Below are positions 47,310 to 56,579 of a DNA stretch of 64,000 nt, one piece after another. The DNA comes from an uncultured Alistipes sp. Its GTDB lineage: Bacteria > Bacteroidota > Bacteroidia > Bacteroidales > Muribaculaceae. Position 1 is the stretch's first letter. Every line of letters starts with the position of its first letter. Location: NCBI GenBank assembly GCA_964509345.1, contig CAZDWY010000009.1:3119-67118 (forward strand), written 5' to 3'. The notes under the pieces were generated by a model, which was not told the DNA's origin, did no database searches, and was given only the letters and a program-made list of their open reading frames with translations. The translations under genes were made by a program, and so were the position numbers.

Positions 47310-48383
47310 GTGCGAATAAAGCAATTTTGCGTTAGTATTACGTTGCTGTATCTCTTAGGGATCAGATTCTCATCCGCTGAAGATAGATTGCTTCCACCTT
47401 CTGAATGGTCTGATTTGGGTGGTAATGATCTTTCTGCGGCACTTGCTAAATCTAATTCCCCTGTTAATTATGCAACTCAATATGATGGCTCAAATGGTTT
47501 ATATGAAATTTTTAAATTAACAGACGGAAATACTGAAAGGGATTGTTATATTAATTATTTTTCTTCTACGACTATTACTTATGGAGTTGAGGGCGGTGCT
47601 CCCGATAATTTTGAACTACTCACTATAGTCTCTCCTCATTGGTGGAATGCAGTCACACCGAATTATACGTCAGTCTCACGTGATTTATATAATCTAATAC
47701 CATCACCTGAAGGAATATCGTCTGTAATAGGGGATGCACCTCCAGGAATTGTAGAGACAGAAGAGGCATCTCCTTTATCAGGGATTAAATGGAAGGCCGG
47801 TATCGGTCGTATAGGTCTTACCCAGATTAGACTATGGGAACCTCCAGAGGAATTGAAAGGAGATGTTGCCAGATGCTTGATGTACTTGGCAACCATATAC
47901 CCGGAGGGCATAAGGCGTTACGAAACTGGAGGGGGAGTGGTTTGGGCAGAGAACCCAGAGGATGGTTTTACTTCCGCATATGCGGCTCAACTTATGGTAT
48001 GGCACCGATCAGATCCTCCATCTATAAGTGAATTGAGGCGTAATGAAATATATTCTATGATCCAAGGCAATCGTAATCCTTTTGTTGATTTTCCCGAAGT
48101 GGCGGAGTATTTATGGGGAACTCGGATAGGGGAGACTTATTTGGGAAATACTACAGGTATCTCTTCAACAGATGATACTACTCCGCTTAAAGCGATTTAT
48201 TTATTGACCGAGAGTATAATAAATCTTCGTTCGCCATCCATTCCAGATGATGCGGAATGGACTGTTGACGGAATTGTAGTAGAAGGCGATTTTCTCCTGC
48301 CGAAAGAGTTGGGAATCGGGTTGCATACGTTACGATTCTATTCAAAAGATTGTCATGGTGTGGTTAAAATTGAAATTAAATGA
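47310..48383 (+). CDS. Secreted endonuclease-I-like protein (possibly catalytically degenerate)
   Basis: GTG start and signal peptide. Family-like motifs GDVARCLMYLATIYPE and QGNRNPFVDFPE are present. The positions I expect for the EH and N..RSN catalytic motifs read FELLTIVSPHWW and SSVIGDAPPG. Confidence 0.65.
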   Translation: MRIKQFCVSITLLYLLGIRFSSAEDRLLPPSEWSDLGGNDLSAALAKSNSPVNYATQYDGSNGLYEIFKLTDGNTERDCYINYFSSTTITYGVEGGAPDNFELLTIVSPHWWNAVTPNYTSVSRDLYNLIPSPEGISSVIGDAPPGIVETEEASPLSGIKWKAGIGRIGLTQIRLWEPPEELKGDVARCLMYLATIYPEGIRRYETGGGVVWAENPEDGFTSAYAAQLMVWHRSDPPSISELRRNEIYSMIQGNRNPFVDFPEVAEYLWGTRIGETYLGNTTGISSTDDTTPLKAIYLLTESIINLRSPSIPDDAEWTVDGIVVEGDFLLPKELGIGLHTLRFYSKDCHGVVKIEIK

Positions 48384-49108
48384 ATAAATCGGTGCCTATA
48401 TTTCCCTTATCAGTGATAAGTTTAATTATCGCTATGGCTATCGGAATTTGTTCGTGTGAGAAGAGCCATGAATATCCAGAGACTATTCGTCCATCTTTAT
48501 CACAGTACCAAGTGGAAATTCCTCTTGGGGAAACTGTAGAGATCGAGGTATATGGAGCGGAGATTATTAGTATAGAAGGGTCATCACATTTTGTTGATAT
48601 AACAATTGATGGCTCGCACGTTATATTCCGGGGTAAGACTATTGGTTCGGGAGAGGTAATCATACGTGGCGATGGCACCCCGTTAAGGTGTTGTTATGAG
48701 GTGTATGGTGGTGTGGATAGCTCTGGAGATTCTGACATTATTGAGGAAGGGTATAATACCGAAGGTTTTGCACGGGATCTTGCAAATGACGAGATTAGAT
48801 TTGCTTATGCAAATCAGATATTAAAATTGGAAACTCCGGGAAATATCTTTTCAATTTCTACGGATAATCGAATATTAACCGCAACCTCACTTATAAATGG
48901 TGTGGAAGCAAAATTATTATCACAAATTCCATTTACAGAAAATATGTCATCTTCCAATATGTCGGATCATTGTAATCTGTTGATCAACGGAGACAATATT
49001 GGACTTAGGGAATTAAGGGTCGCAAATATTACAATTGACAGAATCTGGATATATGGCAGAAGTACAGATGGTTCTGTTTTATGGTTTGTGATGGAAATAG
49101 CATCATGA
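48380..49108 (+). CDS. Lipoprotein with an N-terminal Ig-like (Big_2-like) domain, hypothetical
   Basis: The ATG overlaps the upstream stop codon (ATGA). Lipobox AIGICSCEK. The beta-sandwich-like segment is VEIPLGETVEIEVYG...GKTIGSGEVIIRG. Confidence 0.55.
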   Translation: MNKSVPIFPLSVISLIIAMAIGICSCEKSHEYPETIRPSLSQYQVEIPLGETVEIEVYGAEIISIEGSSHFVDITIDGSHVIFRGKTIGSGEVIIRGDGTPLRCCYEVYGGVDSSGDSDIIEEGYNTEGFARDLANDEIRFAYANQILKLETPGNIFSISTDNRILTATSLINGVEAKLLSQIPFTENMSSSNMSDHCNLLINGDNIGLRELRVANITIDRIWIYGRSTDGSVLWFVMEIAS

Positions 49109-49120
49109 TAATATAATATT

Positions 49121-49777
49121 ATGGATTTGGATACATCTTGTATATTCAGGTATTTTCCTGAATTCTCAGATATTCAGAGAAAAAGAATTATAAGACTTGG
49201 GGAGCTTTATCCTGAGTGGAATGAAAAAATTAATGTCATTTCCCGAAAGGATATTCAGAATCTCTACCCCAATCATGTATTGCATTCACTCGCGATTGCA
49301 AAGTTTTTGAAAGGATTGCCGGAGGGAACTTCGTTGCTTGACATGGGAACCGGTGGAGGTTTTCCCGGAATACCGCTGGCAATTGCTATGCCTCAATGTC
49401 GTTTTCATCTTATTGATCGTATAGGTAAAAAAATCAAGGTCGCCAGTGAAGTCGCAATGGCGTTGAATTTGGATAATGTAACTTTCCAGCATGGCGATAT
49501 TGGAGAATGTCACGATAAATATGATTTCGTGGTATCACGTGCGGTTATGACTTTGGATAGTTTGATACCGCTTGTGAGAAAAAATATAATACATGAAAAA
49601 ACAGTTAAACCGTATTCTTTGCCAAACGGGCTCGTATGCTTGAAAGGAGGTGATCTCAAAGAAGAGTTGCGTGCAGCGGCGAAGATTGCGTGTGAACCAC
49701 TAGTGGAAGATCTTGCAAACTATTTTCCTGAAGATCCGTTTTTTGAGACAAAGAAACTTGTTTATCTACCGATTTGA
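49121..49777 (+). CDS. rsmG: 16S rRNA (guanine527-N7)-methyltransferase
   Basis: SAM motif LLDMGTGGGFPGIPLAI; the GidB-like length and layout fit. Confidence 0.85.
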   Translation: MDLDTSCIFRYFPEFSDIQRKRIIRLGELYPEWNEKINVISRKDIQNLYPNHVLHSLAIAKFLKGLPEGTSLLDMGTGGGFPGIPLAIAMPQCRFHLIDRIGKKIKVASEVAMALNLDNVTFQHGDIGECHDKYDFVVSRAVMTLDSLIPLVRKNIIHEKTVKPYSLPNGLVCLKGGDLKEELRAAAKIACEPLVEDLANYFPEDPFFETKKLVYLPI

Positions 49778-49806
49778 GGTGAAGTAATTTTTTCAAATGT
49801 ACAATT

Positions 49807-50454
49807 ATGAAAATTAAACGATTTGAGTTCAATCTTTTTGGAGAAAATACTTATCTGATATGGGATGAAGTCTCTAAAGAAGCGGCAGTAATTGACCCGG
49901 GTATGGCTGACAGAGCTGAAGTGAGGGCTTTTATGGATATTGTGGAGGATCAATCACTTTATTTGAAATTCATACTCCTCACACATGTACATATAGATCA
50001 CACATTTGGGATTGACGCATTGAAAGAGTTGTTGCCATTACTCCCAGTATTAGCTAATAAAGGTGATAACGGTTTGGCTCTGACAAGGGGACAACAGGCA
50101 CAAATGTTCCATCTCCCTTATAAGGTGAAACCGTTGGAGATTGACCGGTTTGTGGATGATAGTACGGTTCTGAAGTTAGGAAAGGAAGAAATAAGAGCAA
50201 TCGGTACCCCAGGACATTCTCCCGGAGGAGTCTGCTATTATATTCCCTCATCTGAAGTGTTGTTTAGCGGAGATACACTTTTCGCTGGATCTATTGGCCG
50301 CACTGATTTACCTGGTGGCAATGGTAGAATATTGATTTCCTCTATACAGAAAAATTTGATGTGTTTACCTGATAATACAATGGTTTTTCCTGGACACGGG
50401 GCTCCAACGACTATTTCCCGTGAAAGGCATTCAAACCCATATTTGAGCGCGTGA
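49807..50454 (+). CDS. MBL-fold metallo-hydrolase
   Basis: HxHxDH motif THVHIDHT, downstream GHSPG, and 215 aa. Confidence 0.85.
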   Translation: MKIKRFEFNLFGENTYLIWDEVSKEAAVIDPGMADRAEVRAFMDIVEDQSLYLKFILLTHVHIDHTFGIDALKELLPLLPVLANKGDNGLALTRGQQAQMFHLPYKVKPLEIDRFVDDSTVLKLGKEEIRAIGTPGHSPGGVCYYIPSSEVLFSGDTLFAGSIGRTDLPGGNGRILISSIQKNLMCLPDNTMVFPGHGAPTTISRERHSNPYLSA

Positions 50455-50459
50455 AATCG

Positions 50460-51245
50460 TTATTGATAAGAATTTACCCATGCAGAAATAGAATCCCGCA
50501 GAATTGAATCAGAGGGTGACAGAAGCCATCCGTGAAATTGATTGAAGGATATGGCGACTGATGCGTCCAACGTTGGATAGCGTTTCAGCAATGGCAGAGC
50601 TACATGTTCGCTGACTACCACTCGCGACAGTTCTCCAAGTGCAGTCAGAATTACAAGCTGTTCGGATGAGTATTCGTCATCTTCCTCAATGTATATAGTA
50701 TCACCTATTTCACGAGAAAGGTTCTGTAAACGGGAAATAAATGGAGAGCCTTTGGGAACGGTTATATGTTTTCCACCAAGATCAAGCTGTGATTTTATTT
50801 CTGTTTCACCAGTGATAGAATCACGGTGTTGAACAAGCATTTGTCGGTCAATTCGGATTGGATCGACAAACAGATAGTCATTTTTTAGTTCTGCGGTAAT
50901 TGGTATATCGCTTACAACAAGTTGGTAGCGACCGTCACCAAGCCCTTTTAATGCAGTTGATAACATTGTAAATGGATGGAAAATGACTGGTATGCCATGT
51001 TTTTTTGCTTCTTTAGAAAGCATGGTATAATATACTCCTCCGAGTGTATCACCAATCATTGCTATTCCCATAGGCGAAATCTCAATGGCTATGTTTATAG
51101 TGTCTCCGCCTGCGATGCGTTCAGTTTTAAGAGGCAATTGTTTCCCGGAACACTCTTTTAGCATAATCATCGTTGCTACAGATAGAAGCAACAAAATCAG
51201 GTAAAGTGAAGCACTTCCTTTTTTAGGGGGTATATGGCGGAGCAT
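50460..51245 (-). CDS. Membrane-anchored type-2 periplasmic-binding-fold (SBP_bac_3-like) protein
   Basis: An N-terminal hydrophobic anchor followed by an alternating alpha/beta pattern (INIAIEISPMG...QLVVSDIPITAE...). The call is made by pattern only. Confidence 0.5.
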   Translation of the reverse strand: MLRHIPPKKGSASLYLILLLLSVATMIMLKECSGKQLPLKTERIAGGDTINIAIEISPMGIAMIGDTLGGVYYTMLSKEAKKHGIPVIFHPFTMLSTALKGLGDGRYQLVVSDIPITAELKNDYLFVDPIRIDRQMLVQHRDSITGETEIKSQLDLGGKHITVPKGSPFISRLQNLSREIGDTIYIEEDDEYSSEQLVILTALGELSRVVVSEHVALPLLKRYPTLDASVAISFNQFHGWLLSPSDSILRDSISAWVNSYQ

Positions 51246-51260
51246 TTGTATGCGTTTGAA

Positions 51261-53225
51261 TTAGTTTGCGAAGTCGATACTTAGACCCATTTGTAAGCGG
51301 CGAGGGTTCATGGGATAATGAGGCATTGAGAAATACATACTTCCTGTCATGCCTTGATTTACATGGGACATCATTACGTAAAAACGACACTTCGATAGTT
51401 TGCAATTCGCATATATACTTACGAATGGGTAGTCGCCAATATCTATCAGATTCTGATTGTAAAATCCCATGGTCGCTGGTTGATAATTAACTCCTTTATA
51501 TTTCGTAAAGTAATCACAGTTTAGTCCTAATTGTACGTGAAGGGTTGCTATGTGGAACAGAAGATACATGTTCGAATAAACTGTCAGATTTGGCAAAGGG
51601 ATCACCTCATTTTCACTTGACGTCTGATATGTAATGGTGTTATCCCAATGGAATGGACCGAATTTGAAATTCTGCCGTAGAGTAGCACTTATTATCTGTG
51701 CGCTTCCTCCATATTGCCTTGGAAGCCCATTTGTACCAAAATAGATTGAATTTTGGAGATTTTCTACGTTTAGAGATAGAGATGTACGTGTCCATGGAAT
51801 AATAAGTTCACCTCCGAAACGCAAAGAACGTGTTTTAGCGAAATTGTTATCCCATATGAAATGATTAGATTTCATATGCTGCATGAGCCAAGGAGCAGTA
51901 AGATTTGTAAAATGCCCATTTGCATTAATTTGTACCGTATCTCCAAATAGCGGAATGCGAGTTGAGATCTCTCCATTCACTTTAATTTCTCCAGCTGCTG
52001 CTCCGAGAACACCAATTTCCCCTGTAGCAGTATAATTGAATATCCGTCCTTGCTGTTTCGTGAGTTGAGCGCCTATCCATGCGAGATTCTGCGTTTCAGA
52101 CGTTATCATACTGGGATATGGATCTGGGGTCAAGATTTTCGCTTGTGCTTGATCCGATTCATTAAACTCTGTTCTAAGTTTATAAGATCGCACTTGGTGT
52201 GTAATAAAAGCGCTTAGCCCAGCTTTTGCATATTTATTGAAACCTTCGAGTAGAGAGAGACCAACAGTATTCTGTAATTTCCAAAATTCTTGAGTGTCTT
52301 TTGTAAAGTCTGGTGAAAAATATGTGTTTTCCCAGAATGATGTGTTCTGGGGCGCATTGTTATTTATAAATCGATGAGTTCCATCTGAATAATTAAGGGT
52401 CCAAATTATACTGGTTACGGGTATCAATGTTCGGGTAACGGTGGTGTCATTAATTTGTTCCTCTTTCCAGAAGCCCATTTTATATCGGCTGTTAAGGTAA
52501 AGGTCTGTTCCACGTACGCGGTTAAAGGCTCCTGTAAGGTTGACAGGGATATCCTTACAGTTTACGGAAGTATTTCCACCTTGCACTGAGGCTGGATCAC
52601 GGATATAAGCATCGTCAGTGATTCCGCCATTTTCTTTCTGCAAAAGATTGTAATGGTAAAAATTACCTTGAAGTTCGAATCGCTCCCCAATATATGATCC
52701 GGAGAATCCCCAGGTGAAATCTTTCGCGGCCTGATAGTCGTAACTACCTTTTGAATAGATATAATCAATTAATGCCCCAATCTGCACACGCTTGTTAGCA
52801 TTTGCTGTGAAAATGGTCTTAAATCGATCCTGACCGTCTTGCTTCCCACCACCAAAATTGTAACTGAGCAATGTCATCGGAATGCGCGTATTATACCATT
52901 TTATGGTTTGTGTGGATGGCAACCAATGACTTACAGCGTCTCTGAAATAAAAATCGCTCATTATAGGACGCTCCATAAAAATCATGTTTTGTCCTGAACC
53001 GCAATAATTACCAGTCGTAGCATAAGCGCGGGATACTTCCTGAGGAATAAACTCGAGGGAATAATTCTGATATAAGGTATCAATGGTTGCCTGTTCGCGA
53101 AGTCCTAGAGGGGGGACATCGATCCATGCGTACGAAGGTTCAAGTATGGTCTTTCTTGCCATCAGGAGAAATGGCATACTACCAACAACGGTGAATAATA
53201 TTATGCGAGTAAGTTTCTGTATCAT
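51261..53225 (-). CDS. Large outer-membrane beta-barrel protein (putative porin family)
   Basis: The ATG at 53225 gives MIQKLTRIILFTVVGSMPFLLMA. The rest is rich in Tyr/Asn/Gly beta-strand pattern. The tracked ORF starts at 53240. Confidence 0.55.
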   Translation of the reverse strand: MIQKLTRIILFTVVGSMPFLLMARKTILEPSYAWIDVPPLGLREQATIDTLYQNYSLEFIPQEVSRAYATTGNYCGSGQNMIFMERPIMSDFYFRDAVSHWLPSTQTIKWYNTRIPMTLLSYNFGGGKQDGQDRFKTIFTANANKRVQIGALIDYIYSKGSYDYQAAKDFTWGFSGSYIGERFELQGNFYHYNLLQKENGGITDDAYIRDPASVQGGNTSVNCKDIPVNLTGAFNRVRGTDLYLNSRYKMGFWKEEQINDTTVTRTLIPVTSIIWTLNYSDGTHRFINNNAPQNTSFWENTYFSPDFTKDTQEFWKLQNTVGLSLLEGFNKYAKAGLSAFITHQVRSYKLRTEFNESDQAQAKILTPDPYPSMITSETQNLAWIGAQLTKQQGRIFNYTATGEIGVLGAAAGEIKVNGEISTRIPLFGDTVQINANGHFTNLTAPWLMQHMKSNHFIWDNNFAKTRSLRFGGELIIPWTRTSLSLNVENLQNSIYFGTNGLPRQYGGSAQIISATLRQNFKFGPFHWDNTITYQTSSENEVIPLPNLTVYSNMYLLFHIATLHVQLGLNCDYFTKYKGVNYQPATMGFYNQNLIDIGDYPFVSIYANCKLSKCRFYVMMSHVNQGMTGSMYFSMPHYPMNPRRLQMGLSIDFAN

Positions 53226-53237
53226 GATTTTAAACCA

Positions 53238-53245
53238 CAAATTTA
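53238..53245 (-). promoter_or_regulatory. -7 box TAAATTTG (minus strand) abutting the porin gene start
   Basis: TAnnTTTG match only 12 nt upstream of the ATG at 53225, implying a very short leader. Confidence 0.3.
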
Positions 53246-53357
53246 GCGAAAAAACTGATAACAGGAAATAGTTAGTGATAACTTACCGCGAACTGTGTGA
53301 TATGGACTATATGGTGCAGATTGTCGTGGGAAGTAACTTGTCACTGATGAGAGAGTT

Positions 53358-53888
53358 CTATATCTGTAAAAGTTCCGTCGGGCGGATGCTCTCAAGTTGT
53401 TCACGCAAATATCTTCGGAAATATCGGGTACCCGTGGCATTATCGTCAAGTAATGTTGTGAGATCAGATATAACCTTGTCTGCAACCAGATTTGCGTCAC
53501 TTAAAAGTACAAGTTCTTTTAATAAAGACCCTATTCCACGCATCATCGTTTCAGAAAAGTTAAAGACTCGTTCGCTTCTTAGTGCAATAATGATTATATG
53601 CATAAGTAATTCTATCTCTTTGTCGAATCCGGCATGGAAAGCCTTGAATTCTTTATATAGTCTGCGCAGGTTTGTAATTCTTGCTTTGGAATATCCGCGT
53701 TTATTTCGATTAAACTCTTTAGTAACTTCTATATTATAACGGTCGATTAACTTTTCAACATCAGGATTGAGAAAGAAATCAAAATATATTTTGATTTCTT
53801 TACGAGCATCGTATGCCTCAATGATCATTTGTTCGAGTTGCTCACGTGGCAATGACTTGATCTCTTTTTTTAGCTGTGTCTTACTCAT
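53358..53888 (-). CDS. Helical cytoplasmic protein (DUF6155-like from memory)
   Basis: MSKTQLKKEIKSLPREQLEQMIIEAYDARKEIKIYFDFFLNPD... with no TM helix or signal peptide. I prefer it to the antisense ORF 53275-53739. Confidence 0.55.
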   Translation of the reverse strand: MSKTQLKKEIKSLPREQLEQMIIEAYDARKEIKIYFDFFLNPDVEKLIDRYNIEVTKEFNRNKRGYSKARITNLRRLYKEFKAFHAGFDKEIELLMHIIIIALRSERVFNFSETMMRGIGSLLKELVLLSDANLVADKVISDLTTLLDDNATGTRYFRRYLREQLESIRPTELLQI

Positions 53889-53899
53889 AGAGTGATGTT

Positions 53900-56329
53900 T
53901 TAGAAATCAAACGTCAGACGTACATTAAACTGTCTACGTGTCAGATAGTTTGGCACTGCATATTGAATATCGTTGACATCTGTTACCCAGTAGTAGCTTG
54001 AGACATTGGAAATATCAAGGAGATTAAACACATCAACCCCTAGCCAGATACTTTTGAACCAGCGGTGCATACCAGTTCTATGACCACCATCTTTCGATGG
54101 TGATAGGAGAGCATAGCTTAGCCCTATATCAACGCGTTTATATGCTGGAGCCCGGAAATATCCTTTATCACGAGATGAATGTGGCGCAGTGGTAGGAAGA
54201 CCATCTGAGAAAATACCTCGCAAAGAAAACTTTAATTTGGGAAACTTTGGAAAATAATCGGTAAAAAACAGTGCCATAGAATATCGCTGATCTGTGGGGC
54301 GAGGAACAACAATACCATTTAATTTCTCACCTGTTTTCATTAATGAAAAACTGATCCAAGAGTCTGTTCCAGGTACAAACTGCCCGAAAAGTTTCATATC
54401 CAGACCAGCTGTGTAACCATTAGTAGTGTTTTCGCCGGAATAAACGATTTTCAAATTATCTATTTCGTATGGAATAAGATTGTTTAGTTTCTTGTAGTAT
54501 GCTTCTCCTGACAGTTTGAATGGACGGTCGAACATACGGAATGTATAATCGGCTCCTAATATAAAATGAACACTCTGTTGAGACTTAATATCAGAATTTA
54601 GGTGTACGACAGTGTTTCCGTTCTGATCCTCTAATGGCTGGCGGAATTCTTTGTAAAATGGTTGTTGATAGTAAAGACCTGTCGCAAAACGGAGTGTCAC
54701 GGAATTGTTGCGTTCGGGCACAAAAGCTACATTCGCTCTTGGTGATACTAAAAATTCCTTGTTATAGTCCCAGTATGAAACTCTAAGCCCTGCATTCAGG
54801 GCAAAATAACCGGCAGAAGTATTTAAACGGTATGAATCAGCTATATATAGGGACATTCGATTGGTTGATATATTCTGATTTGATATTAGATTGTATATCA
54901 TGTGTATATTTTGTCCATCAGATGGCAGTGTGTATCCAGCGGAATCGCGTAATTCCCATTCACGGGTGCGCTCCATCATTGTCTGATGGTTAAAGTTTAT
55001 GCCATAAATAAGATTATGGTGATTAAGTGAAGTACGACCTTGTACTCCGAGTGAGAACACTCCTATTTTAAGTCGATTTCTTGCATGCTCATGATAGCGT
55101 CCTACACCAAGTTCACCTCCAATTGCATTATCTGGGTTGCCCTCACCTGTGGTTCCGGCTTGATCCAGCCAATATTCACCACTGATATCATATGACACAA
55201 GCTCATTCGTTAAATATCCAGAAGCCAGCAGGGAAAATTGTGTACTTTTGGAATGATTGTATGATAGATTCAGTGCCCCGAAATATGTTTCAAACCGGTC
55301 TTTCTCATGTCCATCAAAATAGACTTTAAATTGTTTCGCGTCATTTGAGGTACCGAAGTTTGTCTCACGGTTAACAGGAGTGAATTTGTAATTATTGATC
55401 GCAATATTCCCAAGGAATGAAATTTTTATGCGGTTAGTGAGCTTGAGGTTTAAATTAGTCTGATAGTCAAAAAAGTTTGGATCATATTCCCCTTTAGTTT
55501 CCAATGAACTCAGTAGTGACGAATTCCGTTTATACCGTATTCCATGAAGTTGGGAAAATTTTTTGGAACTTTGACCGATTGATAAGGATGCGCCCATAAG
55601 GCTTGCGCTTATTGCGCCCTCGAAAGTCTCAGGCTCACGATATGTGATATCAAGAGCCGATGACATTTTATCGCCATATTCTACTCCAAAGCCTCCGGTG
55701 GAGAAACTGACCGCTCCTACCATATCTGGATTTATGACGCTTAATCCTTCCTGTTGTCCGGAAGAAATCAACTGTGGACGATAGACCTCTATTCCGTTGA
55801 TGTATACAGAGTTTTCATCATATGTGCCTCCACGAACAGAATACTGGCTTGACATTTCGTTGTTGGAATTCACACCTGCAAGAGTAGACAGCATTGATTC
55901 TATACTGCCTCCCGTAGCATCTGCTGCAAGTTTATAACTGTCAGTGTCAAGCGTTTGCATCTGATTCGTCTGCTTGCGGAAATCAGTGACTTCAATTTCT
56001 TTGAGGTCAGTACTTTTTTGATGCATGCGAACATTAAGTGCGAGGTCTCCTTTAGGGGCGATAAGTGTACGCCTTAACTCTTCATATCCTATACATGAAA
56101 ACACTACAACTAAAGTGTCATTAGCCGGTGAAGGGCACGATAGTTGGTATGTCCCGTCCAGACCAGTGTTGGTTCCGATTGCGGTTCCATCAATTCTGAC
56201 TGTAACAAACTCAAGTGGGGAGTCATCATACTCTATCACTTTTCCGTGAATTTTGACTTGAGCATCAGAATAAATTGCTGATGTAAATAAGAGAATTATG
56301 GTATATAATATTTTAATGTATATCTTCAT
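53900..56329 (-). CDS. TonB-dependent receptor with a carboxypeptidase-regulatory-like N-domain
   Basis: The ATG at 56329 gives the signal peptide MKIYIKILYTIILLFTSAIYSDAQ. VKIHGKVIEYDDSPLEFVTVRI is a CarboxypepD_reg-like domain. The plug motif is VYINGIEVYRP and the C-terminus ends ...VRLTFDF. Confidence 0.85.
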   Translation of the reverse strand: MKIYIKILYTIILLFTSAIYSDAQVKIHGKVIEYDDSPLEFVTVRIDGTAIGTNTGLDGTYQLSCPSPANDTLVVVFSCIGYEELRRTLIAPKGDLALNVRMHQKSTDLKEIEVTDFRKQTNQMQTLDTDSYKLAADATGGSIESMLSTLAGVNSNNEMSSQYSVRGGTYDENSVYINGIEVYRPQLISSGQQEGLSVINPDMVGAVSFSTGGFGVEYGDKMSSALDITYREPETFEGAISASLMGASLSIGQSSKKFSQLHGIRYKRNSSLLSSLETKGEYDPNFFDYQTNLNLKLTNRIKISFLGNIAINNYKFTPVNRETNFGTSNDAKQFKVYFDGHEKDRFETYFGALNLSYNHSKSTQFSLLASGYLTNELVSYDISGEYWLDQAGTTGEGNPDNAIGGELGVGRYHEHARNRLKIGVFSLGVQGRTSLNHHNLIYGINFNHQTMMERTREWELRDSAGYTLPSDGQNIHMIYNLISNQNISTNRMSLYIADSYRLNTSAGYFALNAGLRVSYWDYNKEFLVSPRANVAFVPERNNSVTLRFATGLYYQQPFYKEFRQPLEDQNGNTVVHLNSDIKSQQSVHFILGADYTFRMFDRPFKLSGEAYYKKLNNLIPYEIDNLKIVYSGENTTNGYTAGLDMKLFGQFVPGTDSWISFSLMKTGEKLNGIVVPRPTDQRYSMALFFTDYFPKFPKLKFSLRGIFSDGLPTTAPHSSRDKGYFRAPAYKRVDIGLSYALLSPSKDGGHRTGMHRWFKSIWLGVDVFNLLDISNVSSYYWVTDVNDIQYAVPNYLTRRQFNVRLTFDF

Positions 56330-56579
56330 ACGGGTTATCCGGTGTTTAGGGGTATGAGATGTTTGTCCAGATGATATATTAACGTACATTTTAACCGGAA
56401 ATTATGAGTTCTTATGACAGGGAAGTAATTTTCTTCAATGAACATAAATCTATCAATACTGTACTAGTGGATAAATAGTGGTCAGATAGAACTCTATTAT
56501 GTAATTATTTGTTAAAATAATATAGTGTTAAACGGTCACCAATCATTCATCTGATGGTGTGTTAATATGATGTACAGTT

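Noticed and set aside
53275-53739. A 154-aa plus-strand ORF opposite the 53358-53888 gene.
   Set aside because: The minus-strand product has a coherent helical, charged sequence resembling a known DUF family and sits in an operon-like position after the TonB-dependent receptor. The plus-strand product is Ser/Leu/Arg-rich shadow sequence.
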